A stretch of 64,000 bases of DNA from a virus, in the IMG/VR virus record IMGVR_UViG_3300005253_000262, positions 1-64,000 of that record, one strand, 5' to 3'. The notes below the pieces were generated by a model. The model saw only the letters and a program-made list of their open reading frames with translations. It was not told the origin of the DNA and did no database searches. The translations under genes and the position numbers were made by a program. Positions 9,596 to 17,949 of this stretch are shown here, piece by piece. How positions within the stretch are numbered: the first letter of the stretch is position 1; the number at the start of each line of letters is the position of its first letter.

Positions 9596-9889
9596 ATGAA
9601 CGAGGAAGGTAGAATCCTCCTTGCCGAGGCTATGGGTGGCCCGATATGGGAAGCGTATATCAATCCAGGTAAGCATCCGGAGAATGTTAATCTTCCAGAC
9701 CCCTTCACAGACGCTAACGACTGTGAGGCACTGATTAGGTGGCTGAATGAGCGGGGCCACCATCTGGAAATACGTTTTTATGCCAATGGCGATTCAGATG
9801 TGACAATTGGACTGCCAAAAAGGATTTGGGTGGGAGCCAATTGGAAACAAGGCGTCTGCGAACTCGCTCTAACGGCCTCCAGGTTCTGA
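9596..9889 (+). CDS. hypothetical protein
   Basis: ATG 1 nt after the upstream stop; LPDPFTDANDC motif. Confidence 0.5.
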   Translation: MNEEGRILLAEAMGGPIWEAYINPGKHPENVNLPDPFTDANDCEALIRWLNERGHHLEIRFYANGDSDVTIGLPKRIWVGANWKQGVCELALTASRF

Positions 9890-10018
9890 ACGAGGCCACA
9901 GAACGAGAATGGTGGTTGAGGGATGTGCAATCTCGAGCCAGTGAGCTTCGGCTGACAAAGGCAAGCAGGACACAGAGCCCACCAACCTAAGGGCACAGAG
10001 CCCCCAACCACCAAATTA

Positions 10019-10273
10019 CTACGATTCCGTTTTCTCCTCACCGTTCCCGTTCGGAGGTGACTTCTCACCTTCGGGGAGTTTCAGATCAGTTGAGGCCTTG
10101 CCAGGCAGTGGTGCTGGGGCAGTATTAATTGCATACTTCCCCGACAGTAATAGCCGTGAGAGCTTCCGCATCTCACCAATCCCCTCAGCGTACGTTATAG
10201 GGATTATGATAGATCTGTCCTCCGTTATCTTTAGGACTGCCTCGAGCCCCCTAACCATTTCGTGTGTTTCCAT
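10019..10273 (-). CDS. hypothetical protein, last gene of the late arm
   Basis: Co-oriented with the tail genes and ends at the convergent junction. Confidence 0.5.
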   Translation of the reverse strand: METHEMVRGLEAVLKITEDRSIIIPITYAEGIGEMRKLSRLLLSGKYAINTAPAPLPGKASTDLKLPEGEKSPPNGNGEEKTES

Positions 10274-10302
10274 GATACTATGCCTTTGTTGTGGTGAATG
10301 AA

Positions 10303-10938
10303 CTACGTCATACGACGCAGGGTTGCGATTCGATTTGCTTGAGCAACTGCGACATTGGTTAGTGCCTGATAGAGCTCGTGGACTGCCTGTGCAGTATCCT
10401 TCGCATCGATTACCATGTCGATCTCGTCGCTACTAGCCTGTGTTTCAGGAACCGTATCTGTTGGTACTAGAAGGTCTACAACAGTAATGCTAACGCCATT
10501 TGTATATGTAGATCCTGAAACTGCTACTACGGCGTTTACTATAGATCCGAGTACTACGTCGTATATGATCTGCGCTAGACCATCCCCACCGCCTGCTGTG
10601 GCCACCAGGAGGATACTAAAACCGACACCGTTGGCATAGCCAGTACCGGCATTTATGATAACCGGATTTGACACCACACCGCCAACAATATCGACTTCGA
10701 TGATAGCTGGTATACCTGTTTGCCGTCGTGTCTTATAGACGTCCTTGAAGAGTTGATCTGCGACCTGTTGATCAGTACCTCCTGCAAACTGCCACAGCTC
10801 CAGAAGCTCCTGGTAAATACTTTCGGCCTCAAGCAGCACCGCTAATACCTGTGACACAGATTGCTTTATCATGTTGCCAACACCCTCATCCCCAAATTGG
10901 TTTTGGTCCCATCTTTTCTCGCCTGTATGCCCTGCCAT
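10303..10938 (-). CDS. putative virion/tail-associated protein
   Basis: Two V-x-I/V-xx-G(T/S)(G/T)Y beta repeats between helical ends; strong aggaagg/aggag SD. Confidence 0.55.
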   Translation of the reverse strand: MAGHTGEKRWDQNQFGDEGVGNMIKQSVSQVLAVLLEAESIYQELLELWQFAGGTDQQVADQLFKDVYKTRRQTGIPAIIEVDIVGGVVSNPVIINAGTGYANGVGFSILLVATAGGGDGLAQIIYDVVLGSIVNAVVAVSGSTYTNGVSITVVDLLVPTDTVPETQASSDEIDMVIDAKDTAQAVHELYQALTNVAVAQANRIATLRRMT

Positions 10939-10953
10939 TTCCTTCTCCTTCCT

Positions 10954-11532
10954 TTAAGTTTGTACCGCTGTGAGCTTGACAGTAAACTCCGTGAAATTGG
11001 CTGTATCTGCAACTTCACGGACTCGGAACGTAGACTCAACAATAGTTGTACCGGGAGTTCTACCTGGGCCACCCGTTCGTATTCTTTGCCACAGCATGTC
11101 TTGTGTATCAAGTGCGCTATAGACTCCAACGGCGGCATGAGCAACCGAAAAGGTCCCACTCTCTATGCTTACATTGGCAACTTCCCATTCAGACTCTGTT
11201 ACCGTTTCGTCTGTCCATTCCCCGGTATGGTCTACGGGAGGACCAGCATCATCGTTGCCCATGTCGGTGATTACTTCCACGCCACCGGCAAAATGTTTCT
11301 TAGTCAGTATGCGTCCATCATCACTGCCCGATCCTGCACGGTAGTCATGGAATATAATTCCAACACGGGTTTGTCCGGTTCCTCCGGTATGCCATATTTC
11401 AACATCAGTGACTAATGGTGTCAGACTGAGCACCCCCTGTTGTGCAGCATTGGCAAAGGGAGTGACACTAACCGAGCCGCGTTGCCAATACGGCCTTCTA
11501 GTGTATATGTTTCTTCGCGGCACGAAAATCAT
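10954..11532 (-). CDS. putative tail-tip accessory protein
   Basis: ATGA overlap with the tail-tip gene; beta-rich, Thr/Val/Gly-rich. Confidence 0.55.
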   Translation of the reverse strand: MIFVPRRNIYTRRPYWQRGSVSVTPFANAAQQGVLSLTPLVTDVEIWHTGGTGQTRVGIIFHDYRAGSGSDDGRILTKKHFAGGVEVITDMGNDDAGPPVDHTGEWTDETVTESEWEVANVSIESGTFSVAHAAVGVYSALDTQDMLWQRIRTGGPGRTPGTTIVESTFRVREVADTANFTEFTVKLTAVQT

Positions 11533-14500
11533 GGCACTATTCCTGTACCCCAAGCGTAGTATACGGTTGCTGACTCTCTCCAAATGTTTGCCACTCCCCC
11601 TGGCCCAATTGTCAGACCTCCCGCAGTATCGATTCTCGTGGCACCATCCAAATAATATAATGTAGTGCTTGCACCTTCCGTAACTATATAATTACCGGAA
11701 GTGAAGGCGTTAACAACCGTCGTCATTGCATGAATAGGGAAATCTAAATTTCCAGATGCCGCTAATGTAAGGGTCCTTGCAGTACTTGCATCTTTAAATG
11801 CCATCTGGCCGCAATGTTCAGCCTCCAATGTATCACTAACGTTGTCATTGAACACAGGTAAGAAGTTAAACCCGACGTCTCTCCAATTATTGCCGTGATC
11901 TTTTACTTCCGCACCGGAAGTTTGACCAGTTGCTGCATTATTTTGTGTTCTAAGATCGTCTGTACCATTATAGGATAGAGTAACCGAACCATCCTGCAGG
12001 GCTACGATCATATTATCTAATGCTGCTCCACCACGTAAACGAAAGTCAACACCATCCACCATATCAATGTACAGGTCGATTGTGTTGAAATATATACGAG
12101 CATCATTACCTGTACCAAAGCGCAGTTCGGAATTATCTACGATGAGCATGTCGGCCAGCGTATCTAACTCTACCAGGTTATCGGTAAAGGTAAGAATATC
12201 GTTGGCGGCAACCTGGATCTTGAGTGCTTGGCCGCTACCAGTATTTATGCTGCCGAAGCCTCCGCCTGAAGACCAGAGAATTTGTATAGATTGCGTAGAG
12301 CCGAGTTGGATACGGGCATCGTCAACTAACTTGAGTGTAGATCCATTCCAAGTTAGGGCCCCGGCTGTATCTATCCAGTCGCCAGCACTACGATACAATA
12401 GGTCATTATTGACTGCGCCAGTAAGGTTGACATCGGTTAGGTCGTTAAATGCAGAAGCACCTCCCGAAGTTAAATCAAAATCTGTCCCCAGATCATTCGT
12501 AAACATTGGGGTGCCATCTAAGGCAACCCAGTATTGACCATCGCCAGTAACGTCAACCGCGGCGGCCGCTGACTCCTCGATGTAGACACTTGCTCCTGTA
12601 GCCGCTCGAGATACGCGTATGCCGGCATCGAGTGTGATAAGTCTTTCTCCGCCGTTATATGCAAGGAGAGCCCCTGCATCTGGATCAGCAGAAAATACAG
12701 TAGCCAATCCGCCAGCTACCTTAGTCGCGCGCCATCTGATATTTTGGCCGCGGACATTACTCGTCAGTCCGCCAAATGTGCCACTACCTGCATCCAGCGT
12801 CCACCAGGCAACTGTATCGTTACTATTGGTGAAGACAAAGTTGTTAACGCCACTATCGGTATCGACAGGAGGATTGGAACCAACGATGTTGCCCCGAGCT
12901 TCGAGTTGAGACGTGGAGATGGCTACAAGTTTGTCATTACCACCCACAATGAGCCGATCTACTACGACGTTGTCTAATCTATCTGCGTGGATATTCTCTG
13001 CACCAGTAACGGCCCAATCTACGTGTTCTGTAGCGAGGAAGCCGAGAAGGTTATCGTGACTGACAATCGCCTCTATTTCGCCAGCAGTCTGGTCGGCTGC
13101 TGCATTGTCCTCTACGTTTAGGATTGTTCGGGCCGCGCCCGCTGTAATCTCCTCACCATCTCCGGCACCCGCAGTATCACGTCCGAGGAACCTATTCGTA
13201 GCCGTGAAGTCAATATCCGCAGCTACAAGACGCCGACTCTCAAAGTCAACACCATCAGCTACGAGCACATGACGATTAGTAGGCGTGGAGGTATTGACAT
13301 CAGTCAGATCAGATAACTCTGTCGCTCCGCCTCCAGTATTGGCCACCCAGGTACCATCGGCCTGCAGAACTAGATTATCATCAGCTGGTGTAGTCGACTT
13401 AGGCACGTTTCCAGCCTGATAAGTATTACCAACTAAAGTGCCAAACTCTTCTGATATAGCCCTAATGAATACTGAATCGATTCTGGTCCTCTCGAAGTCA
13501 TGGAATCCCTGATTGTATCCAATGCTAAAGTTCCAATACCGAGCCTGTTGAAAGCCAGATGTTGGAACGACAATGCGTATTAATTTCCATACGTTTAGTG
13601 ACTCATCTAGTGTCGTTGTAACCTGGCCGCTCTGTATAGGTTGAGTAGGTTCTTTATCTAGGGGGTTCTTCCATCCAAGCGCGCCAGTTATAAACTGTAG
13701 TGGCACGGAGGCAGTTGCGGCGGTTGTTTGGTACTTAATTATGAATTCCCACGTCTGTGCTTGTGCCTTTATCTTTGGCTCAGAAATGAGGCTTGCCCTG
13801 TCACCCGCACCTCCACCAGAGAAGGTAAAGAAGTCTATAGCATTCGAACCCTCCTCACCGTCGCCGGGGCGCCAATCGACTCGAGCATCGCCTGCTATTA
13901 TACCTATCTGCCAGTATGTGCCAGAGACAAATGCCCCAACTGTGCCCGTACTGAGGTCGAAATCGGGATCGGCTACTTCTTGTATGTCAGAGAATTGCGT
14001 GCGTTGGAATTCAAAAGTGACGGCAGTCCCTGCAGCAGTTGGGATGTTTACAGTAGGATCAGTATCTTGCTGGAATATGTGAACCACACCAACCTTGTAT
14101 GCCTGAGCCGCACCCGTTCCTACAACACCCATTATTTCGTCTATAGAGAACAGGTACCATCGAATGTTACTGACCACGAAGGCAATGCGCTCACCCACAC
14201 GTAGCGTGCCATAGAAGCCGCTTTGAATAGCGCCATCAAAGTCGGCCTTATTAATAAGGATAGCATCCGTATTCTGGAAGTTGTTTTGTGATCCCGAAGT
14301 ATCTGTAGCACGAGCTGTGAGCATAGCGTACCGGGATTGCCCTGCGGCTAACTGTGTAGTGTCTAAGTCGTCATAGGTGAGTGAAACAGCATAGTCTGGA
14401 GGACTTATGATATCTGTGCCGTCGGTACCTGTAGTCTGTGTCGTCGACGCAAATACTCCGACGACTCCCGCTCGTGTGATGTGGCGTGCGCGTATATCGT

Positions 14501-16283
14501 AGGCTGTACCAGGATCGAGTGGCACAATAATAGCAGTCTGTAGATCCACGCGTGTAGCTGGTACAGCGATGTAATCGGTACCCGTCGTCTTCTTGAACTG
14601 TACCTGTGTCTCCACCACAAAGGCACCGGGATCATCCCACGTTACTCTGAGTCCATCTGACGAAGTACCAGCAGATCCAGTAACGGTGGTAACAGCAGCA
14701 GCTAAGCCTGTGACAGCAATCTGCGCGGTAGGATCAAAGCCACCAGGATCGTTGACAGCTACACTAGTGCCTAATGGGGCTGTTGTGTTATAGATGCTGG
14801 AGTCTTCCTCGATCACCTCCATAACCACTGCACCAGACACAGAGAAGGACATGTTGATGATTCGGACTGTTACATTAACATTATTCGTCTCCTGACAATT
14901 CAGTATTGTCACATCGAATGGCTGGAACGTGAGTCCCTTCGGCCCCACTGCGAAACGCCACGTGGCACCAAATCGGCTGCGTCGTACTATCTCACGCGCT
15001 ACACGTTCAGCAATGGACTCGTCTTGAATTAATGAAAAGTCATGTTCCTTAAAACGTACTCCTCCATCCTCTGTAACGGCGGCACTTTCTTCTACCTCCG
15101 GATACGGGCGAGGCTGGTATAAGCTCTCGGGGCCCGGATCCACGTAGCGACCCCGCGCTGTATTGTATAGGAGTCTTAGATCCCCTGAAGGGGTAAAGTC
15201 TACTCCTACCGCACGGAGTAGATCGCCTTCGAGGATATCACTGAATGTTGTTAGGTCATCGTTGGGGGCCCAAATATAGTACATTCCACCCACGGTAGCG
15301 ACTTTACCATTAATGGCACCTTCCAGTTGCTTGATGATGGCCTCGTGGTCATTAGTTACTGGTAGGAGTCCACCAACGCGATATCGAGGTATACCGTCTA
15401 CTGTTGCCTCGCTTACATTGGCTGCGGCCATAGCCTGATCCATATCGATGTCGTCGCCATCGATGCCTACGCCTATCACAAGCTTACCGTTAATCTTCCA
15501 CCCAAGTAGGTAGCGTAACACTACGAGCGCCCAGTTGTCCCCTAAGATGGTACCCCCGTTCTCCCACTGCCAGGTGCTCTGATCGTCCGTACGGTGAGCG
15601 CCTGTACCTCCACGAGTTGAGTCCAAACGCGGATCGTATACGGGCCCGCCTTGGGCTACTTGCGTAATCCGAGTAGGGATACCGCCTTCTACTTTCTCGT
15701 GATCAATCTTAAAGCGCAGACGGTAATGCGCCATACCGAGACCATCAGCTGTAGCAGGCCAGAGCGTATTTGCGAAGTTGTCGTCGCCGTCGATGTCTAT
15801 AAAGGCTGTTTGGGATTCGGTACCAAGTCGTGTTTGACGCCACAGACCATCAGCCCAAGCACCAGTAGCGGCGTCTCCTGAGAACGTGATGATCTCGTCG
15901 TTGATGTATAGGTCCTGGTATGACTCGATAAGGTGCCCAGCACCGGCGATAATATAGGAATAGAAATCGTTGCCAGCGCCGTGTCTTCCTGCCCATACAA
16001 GGTCCGTTGATAATGCTGTGGTTCCGAAGACCCACTTCATTTCTGCCTGGGCATCTACTGAGACGCGAATGCGCATTTGGACGGTGCTTAGGTCTAACGA
16101 AGGGGCTAGTAAAGCAGAGAGACCCCCTGTTATGCCGCCACCAATTGCTGCTGCTAAGAGGGCATTCTTTATGTGGAAGAGTCCGGCGAACGGTGTGGAA
16201 CTAAAGCCTAATAGAGGATAAGCATAGACTGCAATGACGGCAATGATTGCGCCAATAACAATTGCTTTGAAGACTTTACCCAT
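11529..16283 (-). CDS. central tail fibre / tip attachment protein (lambda J-like) with C-terminal receptor-binding region
   Basis: 1584 aa after the Dit/L/NlpC genes; VYDPRLDST, NWAL...YL, FN3-like WDDP segment, two LxDLTDV fibre motifs. Confidence 0.85.
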   Translation of the reverse strand: MGKVFKAIVIGAIIAVIAVYAYPLLGFSSTPFAGLFHIKNALLAAAIGGGITGGLSALLAPSLDLSTVQMRIRVSVDAQAEMKWVFGTTALSTDLVWAGRHGAGNDFYSYIIAGAGHLIESYQDLYINDEIITFSGDAATGAWADGLWRQTRLGTESQTAFIDIDGDDNFANTLWPATADGLGMAHYRLRFKIDHEKVEGGIPTRITQVAQGGPVYDPRLDSTRGGTGAHRTDDQSTWQWENGGTILGDNWALVVLRYLLGWKINGKLVIGVGIDGDDIDMDQAMAAANVSEATVDGIPRYRVGGLLPVTNDHEAIIKQLEGAINGKVATVGGMYYIWAPNDDLTTFSDILEGDLLRAVGVDFTPSGDLRLLYNTARGRYVDPGPESLYQPRPYPEVEESAAVTEDGGVRFKEHDFSLIQDESIAERVAREIVRRSRFGATWRFAVGPKGLTFQPFDVTILNCQETNNVNVTVRIINMSFSVSGAVVMEVIEEDSSIYNTTAPLGTSVAVNDPGGFDPTAQIAVTGLAAAVTTVTGSAGTSSDGLRVTWDDPGAFVVETQVQFKKTTGTDYIAVPATRVDLQTAIIVPLDPGTAYDIRARHITRAGVVGVFASTTQTTGTDGTDIISPPDYAVSLTYDDLDTTQLAAGQSRYAMLTARATDTSGSQNNFQNTDAILINKADFDGAIQSGFYGTLRVGERIAFVVSNIRWYLFSIDEIMGVVGTGAAQAYKVGVVHIFQQDTDPTVNIPTAAGTAVTFEFQRTQFSDIQEVADPDFDLSTGTVGAFVSGTYWQIGIIAGDARVDWRPGDGEEGSNAIDFFTFSGGGAGDRASLISEPKIKAQAQTWEFIIKYQTTAATASVPLQFITGALGWKNPLDKEPTQPIQSGQVTTTLDESLNVWKLIRIVVPTSGFQQARYWNFSIGYNQGFHDFERTRIDSVFIRAISEEFGTLVGNTYQAGNVPKSTTPADDNLVLQADGTWVANTGGGATELSDLTDVNTSTPTNRHVLVADGVDFESRRLVAADIDFTATNRFLGRDTAGAGDGEEITAGAARTILNVEDNAAADQTAGEIEAIVSHDNLLGFLATEHVDWAVTGAENIHADRLDNVVVDRLIVGGNDKLVAISTSQLEARGNIVGSNPPVDTDSGVNNFVFTNSNDTVAWWTLDAGSGTFGGLTSNVRGQNIRWRATKVAGGLATVFSADPDAGALLAYNGGERLITLDAGIRVSRAATGASVYIEESAAAAVDVTGDGQYWVALDGTPMFTNDLGTDFDLTSGGASAFNDLTDVNLTGAVNNDLLYRSAGDWIDTAGALTWNGSTLKLVDDARIQLGSTQSIQILWSSGGGFGSINTGSGQALKIQVAANDILTFTDNLVELDTLADMLIVDNSELRFGTGNDARIYFNTIDLYIDMVDGVDFRLRGGAALDNMIVALQDGSVTLSYNGTDDLRTQNNAATGQTSGAEVKDHGNNWRDVGFNFLPVFNDNVSDTLEAEHCGQMAFKDASTARTLTLAASGNLDFPIHAMTTVVNAFTSGNYIVTEGASTTLYYLDGATRIDTAGGLTIGPGGVANIWRESATVYYAWGTGIVP

Positions 16284-16699
16284 TAATATGGGATCCTAAA
16301 GGTGTGCTCTAGGTGGCGAAGACGAACATACGCGATACCGTTCTCACCTATGAACATTCCAAAGCGGCTTAGATAGATACCGCAGCAATCTTCATACATG
16401 ACAACGTCCCCTTTGTGTGCGTAGACACCGCGGAGGGGTTCGCCGAACTTATCCTTTAGCGTATCGTATAGTTCCCCTTTTCCAATCTTCTTCAACGCCT
16501 TCAGGGCACTCTTCCATCCATCATACTTGCCACGAAAGTCTGCCATAGGATCGACGCCAGTCATAGCTTCGACTGCACCCGCAGCAAATGTGCAACAGTC
16601 ATGCGTGCCCAAATCAAACTGCTCAGATTGCGCCTTGACAATGTACTCGTTTAGACGAATAGGCCAATCAGGAAGCCTCTTTATCCGCAGACTACTCAT
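16283..16699 (-). CDS. NlpC/P60-like tail assembly protein
   Basis: DWPIRL...FDLGTHDCCTFAA...TGVDP...GD pattern and position in the tail-tip module. Confidence 0.8.
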   Translation of the reverse strand: MSSLRIKRLPDWPIRLNEYIVKAQSEQFDLGTHDCCTFAAGAVEAMTGVDPMADFRGKYDGWKSALKALKKIGKGELYDTLKDKFGEPLRGVYAHKGDVVMYEDCCGIYLSRFGMFIGENGIAYVRLRHLEHTFRIPY

Positions 16700-17346
16700 A
16701 AGGGCTCTCCTCCTCCTCCAGGAGTTTTAGGTCCTTTAGGTTGTGGGCCACGATGGATGTCAGGATCGCCCAGACCCTCAGGTTTATTTGACAGTTCGAG
16801 GATAAACGAAGACCAGGTATCGGCAGGAAACAGTCTGACATGATCGAGCCAGCGCCATGGGATATCTAGTGCTCGACCAAGGTCCTTATCGATCGTGACA
16901 GCTACAGTAGCGCCCTCAGCATCTCGCTTCACCGTCATTTGCGTCATGACGCCCGTCTTGATCCTCGCGGGGTTGCTTACTACGGTGGCCTCGTCCTCAT
17001 TGAGGAGAGCCAACCAAAGCCATGCGGAACGCCCGCGCCATTGACGCTTATCGTTGACGATCTGCTTGAGTAGTTCAAAGTCAAGATCGTGGCCGCTAAC
17101 TACCATCGTGACCGGCCCACCAATACCTTGATCCTCTACGATATCCGTCATCTCAATGAACGGGGCCATGTTAACGAAGATTTGTCCGTCTAGTGCGGCA
17201 TCACCTGTTGCTGAGGGGGCAAAGGTGCCATGACCTGTCCACGCGATAAGGGGATCTGTCAGAATATCAAATCGACCAAGAAGTGTCTGACGGACTGTCC
17301 CAGCCTCGAGGGCTGTTACCATCCCTGCTGTGATATCGCGTGCCAT
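16696..17346 (-). CDS. minor tail / tail-tip protein (L-like position)
   Basis: MARDIT...WTGxG...GxM pattern; synteny. Confidence 0.7.
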   Translation of the reverse strand: MARDITAGMVTALEAGTVRQTLLGRFDILTDPLIAWTGHGTFAPSATGDAALDGQIFVNMAPFIEMTDIVEDQGIGGPVTMVVSGHDLDFELLKQIVNDKRQWRGRSAWLWLALLNEDEATVVSNPARIKTGVMTQMTVKRDAEGATVAVTIDKDLGRALDIPWRWLDHVRLFPADTWSSFILELSNKPEGLGDPDIHRGPQPKGPKTPGGGGEPL

Positions 17347-17348
17347 TA

Positions 17349-17945
17349 CTATGGACCGAAGTGCTCTATGGCATCGATGGTGATGTCGAAGAAGTCCGGA
17401 AGCCTTCCAACAACACCAACTTGAGGTGTCAGTAGCCGTAGTGTTATCTCGGGCGTCTTAACATCTACTACTGCATTGTTCACAGGGGAGTCGCGAAGTG
17501 CCGGCTCGAAGTCGAATGTAACTAGCCCGGCACCGTTAGATACAGCATCCTGTATGAGGACTTTAACTTCAGTGTTTACCTCGATAGGGTCACCGGCGAG
17601 TCCTACCGTTTCACTTGAAGCGGCTCCGTCGCAGTCAAGTGATAGGCCAAGCTGGCCTGCGCCAGCTACAAGCGGGTCAGCCCCTGTGTAGCCCGCACCC
17701 TGCTGCCATCCAGGAGGAGTGGCTTTGAATTGGTTTCCCTGCTTGGCTAGTTGCACTAGTGCAGCCCACCAAGCACGTGTATCCACAATACGCTTAGTCA
17801 CTAGCGGGAATGACAAGAGCCATATAGCTTTAGTGCTCTGCATAATGACGGATCCGCCATCAAAGAATTCTAGTGCTTGATCGCCGCGTATGAGCCGCCA
17901 ATCCATGGTGGCGTTTTTAATTGCAGGTATAGTAATGATAGCCAT
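17349..17945 (-). CDS. distal tail protein
   Basis: Directly after the tape measure; FEPALR motif; start placed at MAIITIP. Confidence 0.7.
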   Translation of the reverse strand: MAIITIPAIKNATMDWRLIRGDQALEFFDGGSVIMQSTKAIWLLSFPLVTKRIVDTRAWWAALVQLAKQGNQFKATPPGWQQGAGYTGADPLVAGAGQLGLSLDCDGAASSETVGLAGDPIEVNTEVKVLIQDAVSNGAGLVTFDFEPALRDSPVNNAVVDVKTPEITLRLLTPQVGVVGRLPDFFDITIDAIEHFGP

Positions 17946-17949
17946 ATCG

